Assembly (NCBI GenBank): GCA_036172245.1
Contig: JAYWIR010000024.1
Location: forward strand, 1,302,001-1,366,000
DNA length: 64,000 nucleotides
Direction: 5' to 3'
From: Raillietiella orientalis
Taxonomy: Eukaryota
Below are positions 34,101 to 45,900 of the stretch, in pieces. The stretch's first letter is position 1. Each line of letters begins with the position of its first letter. Made by a program: the position numbers and the translations under genes. The notes under the pieces are model-generated. The model ran no database searches and had not been told where the DNA came from. It saw only the letters and a list, made by a program, of their open reading frames with translations.

Positions 34101-37100
34101 GAGGGGTGTGGTGCGTGCGCCGTGGTTGAGGCCAGGACGAAGCAAACGCTCCGATTCGACACTATCGACGGGGGGGGAGCGACGGCCGGTTGGGAGAGGG
34201 AAGGAAAGGGACGGGAGAGCGGGCGCGTTCGCGGACTGTCCGCTCGCGAGCCTCGCTTGAGGGAGAGAGTCGCCTTCCGCATGGGGGCGCGCGTGACTGC
34301 CAGGGAGGCCGGGCCGGTGGGTCTTCGGGCGCCTCCCCCTCACCTCGGACCACGGTCGCGAAGAAGAGGCCCAATTGACCGACCCTCCTCCCCCCATCCC
34401 TTTCCGAGCAGAGCCGCTCCGCCGTCGAGGTGCTCCTCTCTCGCCAGGCGTGGGGCTGCCTGGCGGCACGCCGCGAGCCAGGAAAACGGGGGAGTCGGAG
34501 GGGTCGAAGCCCGGAGGACGCTCGGAAGAAGGCGCTGGAATTTTTCCCGGCGGCGCGCGCTCCGTCTCCTTGCCTAGCAACGAGCACGTCGGGTTTCGCC
34601 GCAGGGTCGCGCGCGGGCGGGGGAGAGAAGACGCGGCGCGGGAGTGGGCGGAGGAGTCTCTCTCTCGGAAGACAGGCGACCTATCCGTCGTCCGGCCGCT
34701 TGGGGATCTCCCCGATGGGGGATTCGCACCCCTTCACCAGGTCGGGATGCATCCCCAGTGCCCCTGCTCGCCCACCCTGCCCTTCCTCTGGCCTAGGCGG
34801 AAGCCACGCATCCGTACGCAAGTGCGCGTGCACGGCACGCCCTATCCGCGCGTGGGTGGATCCCCACGACGACGATCTATCCGAGAGATCGCTCTTTCCG
34901 TCCAGCCGAGCTCTGTTTTCGGGAAAAAAGCGAAACCCGCTGGAGCGTCCGCACGCTGCTTGATGAAGGGATCTATTTCGGGGTCAAGAAACCCGGAAAT
35001 AGGTACCGGGTAGGTCCGAAGAATAGGGGAGGCCTCCTGCGGAACCCATGGCGTCATAGCGGGGCCCGACCGAAGTCCCTGGGAATCACGTGCTTCACGA
35101 ACACCGCGGGTCGTCGGGTCGTGGGTCACCGCAGGAGGTGCACCTTATCAAGCCGCTTCCCCTCCCCTTCCTCCCCCTATCACCTGAGAACGCCGCGACC
35201 ACGATTTACGCCGCACCCTCCTCTGGGACGCGCTCACCTCGCCGTTTCCCGGGCGATCATCGGCTTGCAAGTTGCGGAGGAGCGCGCGTGCAGAGAGCCG
35301 TAGCGTGCCCCCGCTAAGTCCATCCCCGGCTTACGCATAGCGCGACGGTCCCCACGCCGCCGAAACGCGGGATGGGGGAGGTCGAGGTGTCCCCATCGAG
35401 CGATGCCATCCCGCCCGGGATTTTCCCGCCAGCCGGGCAGCCGGGAACGCTCCGCCGCCGCCACGGCTTGGTGTAGACTTCGAGCCACTGCCGCCGACAC
35501 CCGACGCGGTTCCAGCCGTGGAAAGCTGCCGTCACGCCCCCTTCCCCTTCCCATAGGAGCGATTCGGCCCTCGCGCGGAGTTTCCCGGAATTCTTTTTGC
35601 ATCCTCCTCCCTCTTAGTCCTTCCCTGCCGCCCTCGAGGAGGCGGCCAAGCCAGGCGCCCTCGACGGGTGCCCGCAAGGGCGGACGGCGCCTCCCGGGGT
35701 CTCGGAAACCCCCCGTCCCGTCGCGCGCGGAACTATCCGGGGCCCTCACGATCCACGGCTTCCTGCTTCCCTCCAGCCGCTTGCAAGACACGGGCAGCCT
35801 TTTCCCTAGGGGCCGGAGTCCTCTCCGAACAGGTGCGGGGTTGATCGTAGGGGCCACTGGAGAACGGAGTAGCCCCCCCGTTCGGGGGTGACACTCCATC
35901 ACGTCCACGCAGCTGGCTGACTCCTCTCCGGAGTGCCAAGAAGCTCGCTGCTCCCTTCGGGAAGGGCCCTGCAGGAGAACTGGGAAGCGTCCCTAAGGGA
36001 GTCCCTTCGGAGGAGGAGGCAGCGAGGAGGGGCCCCACAAACCGGAGGTCCCTCCGGAGAGAATGAAGAAGAGGTTCCCTACGAAGTCCCCTCCCAAGCG
36101 TAAGAGGAATGGACGCCTTCCCTCCGGAACCTTCCAGGATTCACAGGGCATCCCTATGGGGTCGCCCCCTAAATTGAAGAGTTGAAGACCCATCTGATGG
36201 CGTGGGTGGTGCTAAAGAAGAGCTTCGTGGGCCCTCCCTAGGGAGGAGAACGGTTTTTCGGCACTGGGAGAACCATAAAAGGAAACTCCGGAAAAGAAGA
36301 CCAGAAGGAAAGGCCCACGGGATGCCCGTCATCCTATAAAGAGCTGACGGCAGGAGGGGACCCTAGGAAGACAGTGTGGGAGGAGTCACTTCTTGCGGCG
36401 TAGGCAGCTGCCCCGCGGGCGGCTGAAGAGCGCTCGGTCGCTTACAGCCCTATCCGAGCGAGCCCGCGACCCGGGTCGTTTTTTTTCTTGCCACAGGCGT
36501 CGGCTGCTCCTTGAGGGCCGAGCATTCTGGGAGGACCTTGGCGGCCCGCCTTGCTTCGACGGTTGCCGAAGAACGGGCTCGCTCGCTCTTTTGGGAGCCA
36601 ATGTGAGGAAGGGAAAGGAAGACGTTTCGAGAGGGCGGGCGCTTCCTTTGGAGGAGGACGCTTTGGGGACTGCCGCCCCCGTCTCGTCCGCGTGGCGGGG
36701 CGCGCGCGTCTTTGGCGCTCCCTTTTTTCCTTTGGAGAAAGTCCTTCCCAGTTTCCGACTGGAGCAACCGTCTCGGCGCCTCTGAGGACGCGAGCGCCAC
36801 TCGCAGGGACGTACAGGCGGCAGGAGCGTGGCCAGCGTTTTGGGTGCTGTCCGGCTGTGGTCCCTGGGACTGGACACGAGAAAAAAGACCCGCGCAACGA
36901 AGGAGCTTCACGGGAGTCGGGAAGAATAGCACGCGCGCACGCACGAGAGAAAAAGTAAGAAAGGAAAATTCGAAACGCGCGCGAGAGAGATGCAGCATCC
37001 GCGCGCGCGCGAAAGCTACCGGCGGCGAAAGGAGATGAGGAACGGAAAGCTTCCGGGTTGCCGCGCTCGCAAGTGGCGCCTTTCCTTCTGCCATCTCGAA

Positions 37101-40100
37101 GTTGGCACCTCGGAGTGCGAGGAGGGAGGGAGGAGAAGGGGATGCGAAATCGGCGCTCCGGCGCGCTCGCGATTCGCGGGTGCGCCGCAAGCGAACCGAG
37201 GAAGAAGAGACTTGGCACGGCGGGCAGGCCCAGGCGGGCAGGCCCAGAGGCGCGCCGCTCCCGGCGGAGGAGATCGCAAGCTCTCCGCCGCGTGACGCGC
37301 AGCGAGCGCGCCTCGGGTACTGCCTATCGGGAACGCAGGGAAAAAGGCAGCTCCCTCCCTCCATCCAATCAGCGTCGCCGCCTCGGAGTGCAGCCACCGC
37401 CCGCTGCGGGCTGCCGGTCAGCACGCGGAAACCCCCGGTGGAGGCGCGGCGGTCACCTTCACGCGCTTTGGAAGCCGCGGAAGAGCAGCGGGGAAGGCGG
37501 GAACGACGGGAGGGCATCATCTTCGCACCCTGAAGGGGAAAAATCTCGGCGGTGGCGGCGGGAGTGGTTCCGTCTCGCCGCCGCTAGGGGCGCGCAGGTA
37601 GCTCCGGGAGATCATCGAACTGAAGCCTTCCGCTCGCGCGCGCCCGGTCTCGGCAGCAGCCCGCGGGTGTGTTGAAGGCCCGCGCGCCTCTTCATCCAGA
37701 GTTCGCTCCGGCGGCCGCCCTGGGACTCTCGCGAATTCCTTCCCCCCGCCGAAGTTCCCTGCTTCCACGCTCGGCGGCGCGCGCGGGCAGAACGGAAGCC
37801 GGCGAGCACCCTCCGTTCCTGCTCGTTCGGGATGAAGCCGCGGCGCCACTGTCGTGAGAGGAAAAAACACAAAGGACGCGGGGGCATTCCGGGATTTCCC
37901 CGAGGCAGTAGCTCCGTTCAAAGCGATTCCTCCTCCTCCGCTTTTCCCGCTCTCCCTTTCTCTCTCCCACCTCCCCTTCTTTCGAGGTCGAGGATTTTCC
38001 AACGGACGCTCCCGAAATTCCTTTCGGCCCCGGCGGCGGGCCGCTCCGTTCCTCCGTGAGCGACGGACGTCGTAGCCTCGTGTGGGAAGGTTCTAAAAGG
38101 TGACGGGAAGAAGGGGCGGGGGCGGAGAGGAAAGTGGGAGGTCTCGTCTCCCCATTTCCCCGGCTCAGGACCGAGGAGGGGGAGGGGGAGAGAGGGAGGG
38201 GGAGGGAGGAAGAGGTAAATTCTTCGCTTCTGTTTAGCAAACCGCTGTATCGTTTCTGCTCGTCCACGACCCACCGCTAGGGCAAAGGTAACCAATCCCC
38301 CTTGCCTCCATCCGAGGGACGCGCTGCCGGACACTGGTCAGACCACATAGCCCAATCTCCACTCCGACCGCAGGCGACCGAGGAGGCGGGAACTCGCAAG
38401 AGGACAGAAACACCTCTTCCCGATGATCGTCCCCCCGCTGGGGAAGCGCTGGGGATGACAGTAGTCGAGGGAAGCTGTCTCCCGGGTAACGAACGGATTG
38501 TCTCCGAGGAAGCGGGTCATTTTCTCCTCGCCTCGAAGGCGCAGGAGAGACAAGCGTTCGCGCGCTACGGAAAGTGAAGGTAGTGAAGATGGAAGACCCC
38601 CGCCGGAGAGGGGAAAGAGACACGACTTCCGCCATGTCCTCCCCCTCTTGGCCGCTGTCCCTCTCGCTTGGCGGCGGCGTGACCGACTGGCGCGCAGAGC
38701 GCCCGCGCGCCGCCTCGCCACGCAGCCGCGGGAGGATGCGGGAGTAAAAGGGGGAACGTCTGCGCGTCGGCGGCAACATGCCCGACATGCACCATTCAAG
38801 AGCTCATTCACAAGACAAACAAAGGTGCCTGGCGAGAGCGCAAACACAAGTGTCCCTCGCTGAGAGCTGCAGCGGAGCATCTCGGCGAGCAGCGCTCTCT
38901 CGCGTCGTGTGCGGCAAGCGCGAGCGGGGACGGATGATGCCACCGCATACCTTCGCGCTCTTGCGCTATTCGTGGTAATGGATTGGTTTACAGCTTCCTA
39001 AATAGGTGATCCCGGCGCCAGATAAACACGCGCTTCAGCATCCCCGGTCAGATTGCGAGGGTGTGCCTGCGCCGAACGCATCCCGGTAGTTCCACGGGGA
39101 AGCTTTCCGCTCCTTAGAGTCTTCCCGCCGGCTTCGCATGGAATTTTCCCATCGGCGATCATGGTGGTGGTAGTGGTGGTAACGGCAGTGACAGTGGCAA
39201 TAAGGATGAGCTCCGAGCTTCTCGGAGGATGCCGAGAAAGCCCTCTTGAAGCACACGGAAATCACACCTTCGGCGCTGCACCACTCGTGCGCATGCCCGT
39301 GGGTGGCACCGGGAAATTCAGGAAAATTCGAGCCTTGGCGGTCTGCACAGGGAGAGGCGAGCAGCAGCAGCAGGAGGGGGACGCCGACGTAAAGTTCCTC
39401 TCCCGTCGTCGTCGTTCTCCTCGTACCCTTAGCAATGGCGTTCGGACGGCTTTTCGTGTCGGAAGTGCGGCCCTCTGCCTCTCACCGCAATCCCGAAGGA
39501 TGATTTGCTCCATCCGCGCGGGCGGCGGCCTCCTCGCTGCCACCTCCGCTCGTACCCGCCCTCTCCACGTGGATGGAGTCCTGCGTGGATTCTCTAAAGC
39601 CCTTTCAAGCTTCGCGGCTTGGAGAGGATACGCCGCCCCCGCTTCCGGTCCCTCCGGCCGAATCTTCCTTCACGTCTTCTTCTCCCGACTCGGTCTATCC
39701 TGGATCCCGTCGCCACCCCCTGGGCTCCATGATCCCTCCCGTCTGGACGCCGAGGAGGCGAAAACGAGAACGCCTGCGGGAAGCGGTCGGACATCGGAAC
39801 GGCGGGAAACCCGGAAGAAAGCGCGGCGCGCGCTCAAGGAGCGGAAATCCTGCGCGAGGCGGGGCCGCGTGGGGAGGGAGGGAGGGAAGGAAAGGAAAGC
39901 TTTCTCGCGCGGCACCCTCCGAGGCTACGGGAGGAAAGCCGCATGAAGAGGTGGACCAAAAGCGGCGACGAGTTCCCGCAGGGAGGACGAGAGCTCGCCT
40001 CGCCCCCTTCGAATAGCAGAGGGAGGGAGGTGGCAGGGGGTCAGCGAAGAAGCAGCGGCAGCTCGTTCCCCGGTCAGCGCTCGCTCCGGTCCTCCTGCCG

Positions 40101-40463
40101 AGTGCCGCGGCCTGCCCCAACAAAGGAGGGGGGGGAGAAGAGGGGACGAGAGCGTCGTTGCACGCGCGCGCGCAGCCACGGGCGCGAGAGGTCGGCGGCG
40201 GAGGTCTCCACCGAACGCGGGAGGGCATCTCCTCCTCGCAGTGCCTTACTCCCCCCCGCCGCCGCCTTTGGAGATGCGTTCCCTTCCGCAGCACGCGCGC
40301 GAAGGGCGCTGCGACCAGCAGCCGGACAGACGTGGCGGTGGCGGCGGCCTTTACCTTCAGCGGAGCCTTCCGCCTCCATGTTGATGTTGTAGACATAGTA
40401 GGTGTCCTTGAAACCGGTGATCAGCAAGTAGATGGATCCAAGGAACTGAAGAACAGACAGGAT
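31158..40463 (-). CDS. Multi-pass membrane protein, LAPTM4/DUF4728-like (5'-partial); exons 40463-40355, 31532-31447, 31394-31158
   Basis: Spliced: ILSVLQFLGSIYLLITGFKDTYYVYNINMEAEGSAE-A-LHGASVVALVVSILYLVVSAVFLHGIRV-AKKTLFLPWMAFTVLQLGLLVAAVVIAVILAVRADIAAAFILIAAVAAATFLFWLYCLLVVLSYYQLLRQRGRRSSRA*. Good acceptors (cttccag, ctttgcag, ccccag) and donors (gtaaag, gtaagt), compatible phases and a strong GC3 bias. The G...k...lLPW and vV.SyYq.L motifs fit this family. Confidence 0.8.
33250..33750 (+). mobile_element. LINE RT relic inside the 8.8 kb intron
   Basis: PKGVRRK (GVRQG-like) near 33375, and DVSVVHY/HADQL (YADD-like) near 33500. Confidence 0.45.
35880..36340 (+). repeat. Body of the composite repeat (headless copy)
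   Basis: Colinear with 3700-4205, e.g. CCGGAGAGAAT..GAAGAGGTTCCCTACGA.GTCCCCT.CCAAGCGTAAGAGGAA, GGATTCACAGGG, AAGAAGAGCTTCGTG and CGTCATCCTA. Confidence 0.8.
38290..38560 (+). mobile_element. Possible APE C-terminal relic
   Basis: GHWSDHIAQ resembles the APE SDH motif. No other support. Confidence 0.25.
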
Positions 40464-40739
40464 CTGGAAGAGGTGGGGGGGAATCAGCTGGTGCGGGAAT
40501 CTGCGCCGCTCTTCCCCCAGTGCTTCCCGCTCGCCACCACTCCTAGGATGGCACTCGCAGGATCGGATCGGATCGGACCGGACGGGCGGCGGCGAGGGAG
40601 CAGGACTGCAGGAACCGAGACTGCGGCCATCCGAGGTTGAGCTTCCAGGATCGCGGCGATCAGGCACCGTCTTCCTTCCGGCTCCGACCTCCGGCATGAG
40701 CTGCCGTTGCCAAGAGTCGCCACCGTTTCGCGCTTGGGG

Positions 40740-41534
40740 GCAGAACCCCAAAGGGGACCTTCCACCTTGGTTGCCTCCCAAGAGAACCTTGAACTACCCG
40801 CTTCCGGGACCCGTCCGGAGGGACTCTCGGGTTGCGGGGCCGCTCCCCGTTCCTTCTCCGAAGGGGGAATCCGGAAAGGATGCGCTCCTTACTTTCCTCC
40901 TCCTCTGGAGAGAACCCCGAAGGGACTCTTCCCGATTTTCCCCGATGGACGCTCCCTGAAGAGGGAGCAGCGCGCGTCTGACACTCTGGAGAGGCGACCC
41001 CCGAGTGGGAGTACCGACCAGCTCCATGGTAACCCCCGTGCAGCACCATTTTCACAACCGGCGGGGGGGAGCCCTGAAGGGAACTTCCACCCTGGTTGTC
41101 TCCAAAGGGAACCCCGAAGAGAGCCGCCTCTCCCCTGTTCTCTACGGAGAGACCCCCAGTTTGTCTCTCCTCATTCCTTCCCCGAAGGGGGAACCCGGAA
41201 AGCTCCTGGAATTCCTTCTCCGGAGGGAACTCCCGCAAGGGAAACCGCTCCCTACATTCCTCCTCCTCCGGAGAGAACCCCGAAGGGACGCTTTCAAAGT
41301 TTCCCTGAAGGGCCGCTCAGCGAAGGGAGAAGAGCGCTTCTTGCACTCTGGAGAGGCGACCCTCCTATGGGGGGTAGCAACCATTTCCATCGAACCAGCG
41401 ATGGATCAACCAGACGGCTCCACTTTCACCACCGGAGGGGAATTGCGAAGGGCTCCTAGATTCTAGGGGGCATCCCAGGGGGTCGAATTCCAAACCCGAC
41501 TAGTCCACGGGGGCATCCGGGGCATCCAGATTCC
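40740..41534 (-). mobile_element. 3' body of the composite tRNA-headed repeat with an internal duplication
   Basis: Reverse complement matches 3598-3800 and 43605-43660. The unit CCGAAGGGGGAA.CCGGAAAG...GGAGAGAACCCCGAAGGGAC...CACTCTGGAGAGGCGACCC occurs twice (about 40858-41000 and 41182-41362). Confidence 0.7.
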
Positions 41535-42203
41535 AACAGCACCGCCCTCTCTCCTCAAAGTGGCAGGAGTTAGCGATGCTGATGCTGCATTGGGGTCTCC
41601 CGTGCGACGCCCGCCGGCATCTGTGGACACGGGGGAGGGGGTGGACCTAAACTGTGCAAGATGCGAGGAGCGGCAATCCTTCCCGCACCTCCTAGTGGAC
41701 TGTGTTGCCCTCCAGTCCCTTTGGGGACACTTTTCTGCGGCTTTTGCAACGACCGGTGGCAACGCCAGAGACGTTGTAAAGAGCCTCTTCCTGCGTGATG
41801 TCCTCATGCCGGCCGCAGCACTTTGCTGCTCAGACGGCGGGACCGTGGCTGCACGGCGCAACTCCAGAAGAGGACAGAAAGACAGGGACCCATCTATTCT
41901 GCTGTCCTCTGCATGAGGATAACGTCAAGATGGCCCCATCTGGGAACCATTAAACAGGAACTTGCCGGCATCCTTACAAGGATGCAGAGGCACTCTCCAG
42001 CACACAGTGATTCCTTGCCCCCCCCCCCCCTCCAATTTTTTGTTTTTTTTTGTTTGTCTCCCTTTCCCCTGTGCTGCCGTGGCGAACCCTGATGACCTGA
42101 GTGCCAGATCCCGGAAGATTCCTTCTCTCGTATTTACAAGTAACGTGGCAAGATTAAACGTCCTGCTACAGACGTTTATTTTTTATAAATAAACTCCCCT
42201 TGA
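41535..42203 (+). mobile_element. 5'-truncated L1/Tx1-like 3' end with intact CCHC zinc finger
   Basis: VDLNCARCEERQSFPHLLVDCVALQSLWGHF, RWPHLGTIKQELAGIL, a pyrimidine-rich UTR, and GTTTATTTTTTATAAATAAAC...GACCGG. Confidence 0.8.
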
Positions 42204-42400
42204 CCGGCTGTCAACCAGTGCCGCACCCGAAGCCAGCGCCATCCTTCGGAGGAAACTCGAAAGCCCCTGATGCATCCACTGCTCAGGGTCGTTCCTTCCC
42301 CCGGGCGGGATTCGAACCCTCAGTGCGTGGTTCCGCCGCGCACACGCGCGCGGAGACCACAGCCACGCAGCTGCTGTCGCGGGTCTGGGCGTGGGATTCA
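42204..42400 (-). mobile_element. tRNA-derived head of the composite repeat
   Basis: Perfect B-box GGTTCGAATCC on the minus strand (42318-42308), with an A-box-like TGGCTGTGG upstream. Downstream GGGTGCGGCACTGG is shared with the other copies. Confidence 0.7.
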
Positions 42401-43409
42401 AGAGTCCCGGACTTCCGGTTCGGAACGGGAGCTACTGCGAGGCGGCCTTTCGGGTGTGGTGGGGAGAACTCGGCGGAGGAGGAGCGCTCGGCAGCAGAGG
42501 GAGGTCTCCCGGACACCCCCACGGGTCGTCGGGAAGGCCGCTCCGGGTTGCGCCGACAGCGATGTGAGCGCGGGGGCACCGGCCTTCCGGGGAAACCGGG
42601 AAGTCAGTCTGCACGCGGAGACGTCGGTGATCGGAACCACCATAAAACCAGGAAGATCGTGCGATTAAAAATGGATGGCGCCGTTGCCGGCGCTCCTCGT
42701 TTTCCTTCCGGACGAGAATAATGGATGGCCCCGTTCGGCCAAAAGGGGGACGCGCATCTGGGCAGCCAGATGAATTTTTAACGGGAACGACAGCCGAAGG
42801 GAAGCTCACTGGTGGAGAAGAGGGGGAGAAGGCCGGTTTGCGAGGAGGATGGTCATCTCGGCGGCCCCAGGGTCGCCCTCCGGAGAGAGAGCACCCGAGG
42901 CCGAGATGCGCGCGCGGCAGGGGAAGCCGCCGCCACACCGAGGTCTTCCGCCTCGCGGGGGTGGTGGGCGCAGCCGAGAGAACAGCAGGTGCGTCTGAAA
43001 GGGCAGCGAGCCCTTCTGACGTTTCGCTGATCTCTCCCTCCCCCCAGACAGGACCCGTCTTCAGGCTACTCGCCTACACTTCCGCTGCGCCCCCACCACC
43101 TACGCTTCAGGGACAGCGGCCGACTCGCGTTCCCCGCTCCCAGCCCGGGAGGAGGAGGCGCGTTCGGGGCAGGGCGCTGGTAGGCGGGAAGGCGATGCTC
43201 CGAGCCACGGAATACGCGTGTCGGAGCGCGGGCGCGCGCGTTCCAAGACCACGCCCGAAGCTTCGTGAGAGGGACCTCCCCGAGCGGTGGAGAAAGAGCA
43301 AAGCCCGTGCTGGCCCCAACGCAGTGGGCGGGATGGAAGCGAAACCCAACGCTCGGACCCATTCTCTCCCAGCCTGTGATTGGCGACGGAGCTGTCGGAC
43401 TCAGAAGCA

Positions 43410-43685
43410 GGCGCGCCGCATCAGTGGCCGTGCGGCTGCGGTCCGTGCGCGTTGCACCTAACGTCGTGGGTTCAAACCCCCTCCCGAGGAAAGGTCGATC
43501 CTGAGAACGAGGTGCGCGCCGTGGGTCTCAAGTGTCCCCCCCACCTTTCCCTCCATAGAAAGACGCTGGTTGTCCCACTCGGGTGCAGCACTGGTGCAAG
43601 CCAGATGTCCCCCTTGACTGGTCGGGATGGGAAGTCGACCCTCCTGGGGTTGACCCTTCCAGGGGAAACACAGAAAAAAAAAAAA
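43410..43685 (+). mobile_element. tRNA-derived SINE, short form ending in A12
   Basis: B-box GGTTCAAACCC at 43469-43479, shared body GGGTGCAGCACTGG...GATGTCCCCCTTGACTGGTCGGG, and an A run at 43674-43685. Confidence 0.65.
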
Positions 43686-44049
43686 GCACGGGCGCTCATC
43701 GAACAGACGCCTTGACCGCCTTCCGCCGGGAGGGTGCCATCGTTACGGGTGACGGGAGCGCCGCCCGCACGGCGACGCGCGTCTGAAGACGCGGCGACCG
43801 TCTTCCGCTGGGAGGGCGCCGAACGGACCGCATTCCTCGACGCCGACCACTCTTCGTCTTTCTACAACACGCTGCCGTTTCGGTCTCCTCGAAGCCGCCG
43901 ATCGCTCAAGAGAAAGTCCCAGGGGACTTCTGGCGCTCCTACTTGGCACATCCGGTGACCACGGTCGACCCCTCGTTCCGCTGGAGCGCATCGCTCGCTC
44001 CCCTGCCGAAGGTTCGTCGCTACTTCGATGCGGATCGTCTGCGCGAGCG

Positions 44050-45900
44050 CTGCCGGCTCTCCTCCCCTCCTCCTCCCACATCTCCTCTGGATGGCGGAAG
44101 GAGTCCCGACCGGCCTCCTGTGCTCGCGGAAGCAAGGAAATCCGGATCGCGGTGACTGGGAACCTTGCGATTTCATGCGCGTCGAGCCCGCATCCCCCGT
44201 AATGAGAGGTTCCTGCTGCTCCTCAGCTGGAACAGCGCATGCCCGCCGCTCGCGAGCGCGCTGGCCCGCCCAAGGAGATTCCCACCGTTTGTCTCCGCGC
44301 GCCCCGGATCGCTTCGGGCCTCTCCCCGTGCCACGGGATGCGTTCGCCGTGGCGTGCGGCGGCGGCGCGCGCGCGCGGTTCCGCTCGCGAGAAGCCACCA
44401 GCGGTCGTCTTGCCTGCGCGTCAGATTGCTGGCTGTCGATTGGGAACTCGGTCAGACTCCGTGACCCATCATGGCCAATGAGACCACATCATGCGGAGTT
44501 TATTGCACTGCCGCCGCCGCCGCTTCCTCGCAACCAAATATAGAAGGAAGGAAGGAAGCTCGGAGGGTGTTCTTCGCGCTTCCAGACCTTGCTCGCCTCC
44601 GCCTCGGTATCGAGTTTCACGCTGTCTCCTCCCCGCTTCCTGAGGTCTCCGTCGCGTTCGGGAAAGGACACTCTCCTGACTGTCTTTTGCCAGCAGGGAG
44701 CGGGCGGGCGGCTTGCTGGCTACCACGCCCTTGGGGCGTCATTCTCCATCGGGACCCATCCCCCTTTTCAAGGAAGGTCCGACTTCAAGTTTTTCCCGGA
44801 TCATTTTTCGGTTTGGGTCGCGTGTCCTTTGGGTCGCCTGCAGTTAGAACCCTCATACCGGGAAGAACGCAATCCGTGAGGTGAATCCGAAGCGCACCAT
44901 TCGCGTCAACAACGCAAGGGGTGCTGCGACCCACGCGGAAAGCCACGAGCTGACCAGCGGAGATTGAAGACAAAAAAAGCTAATTAGCTTTTCCTTTTCT
45001 TTTTTTTCCTATTTTTAGCTCCAGTTCCACGTCGCGATGGAGCACTTCGCGCCCACCACCAAATATCGATCCACGCCAACCCGAAACTCTGCGTTGGCGA
45101 ACGCCAGCGCCACGTGCCGACACATGGGAACCCGGTGCGGTACCGAGGCGGCAGTGGTGAATGCGGAAAATTCAGTCCGGTGATGGAGTCGCCACCGCGC
45201 GCTGGCTACTGGGGAAGTAAGCGCGCGCGGACGACCTGCAGCCGGCTGCTGCCCACCGCCGGGTGTGCGAACGCCCGCCGGTCTCACTGGACCCGGGGGA
45301 TGGGACGGACTGTGGACCCAAACTACTGCAGGTGCGGGGAACAGGAATCCCAGCTCCCACACCTGCTCTTAGGCTGTGTTGCTCTCCGGCCCCTGTGTTT
45401 GCCCGTGGTGCACCGATGGACAATCCCAGGGACGTGATGAAGCGTCTCTTCCTGCGCGATGCCCTTTCGCCTGGCGCATCCCCAGCAGCCCTTTGCTGCT
45501 GCCTACGCGAAATTGTGGAGGCCTAGAGCTACGCGAGGACGGCGCGATGAGGACGCCATCTGCTTCTCCCTGCGCTTCCTGCAGACGGCAGCAAGATGGC
45601 CCCACATGGGACCCATACTCGGATGGAACTTGCCGGCATCCTGGAAAGGATGCAGAGGACACCCTCCAGCGGACAGTGATCCTTTCCGACCGTGCTCCCC
45701 AGAGTTTTCTTTCTATTAATTTTTTATTTTATTTTTGTTTGCTCCCTCCCCCTCCGCTGCCGAGGCAAACCTCGTCGGCCTGCGTGACGGTTACTCGGCA
45801 GGTTCCGAAGACTTTCGGAAGATGTAGGGCCGATGGCCCTACACGTATATGTTTATTTTTAATAATAAACGCCCTGGTGTTACCGGGTGTTAAACCTCTG
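44050..45900 (+). mobile_element. Decayed L1/Tx1-like ORF2 from RT start to 3' UTR
   Basis: KQGNPDRGDWEPCDFMRVE (WRPIsL.nvD-like), RLGIEF (YLGI.F-like), VDPNYCRCGEQESQLPHLLLGCVALRPL, an ELAGIL C-terminus and a complete hairpin-rich 3' end. Confidence 0.75.

Noticed and set aside
39330..39385. CCCCS peptide on the minus strand as the N-terminus of the membrane protein
   Set aside because: It lies downstream of the 40.4 kb exon, derives from a CAG/CTG microsatellite, and lacks splice support.
42085..42110. Hammerhead ribozyme core CTGATGA (also near 25373)
   Set aside because: No stem II followed by GAAA, and the motif is not conserved in the other LINE 3' UTR copies.
42280..42400. Functional tRNA gene
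   Set aside because: A B-box is present but I could not fold a cloverleaf, and the downstream body is shared with dispersed repeats, so it is SINE-like.
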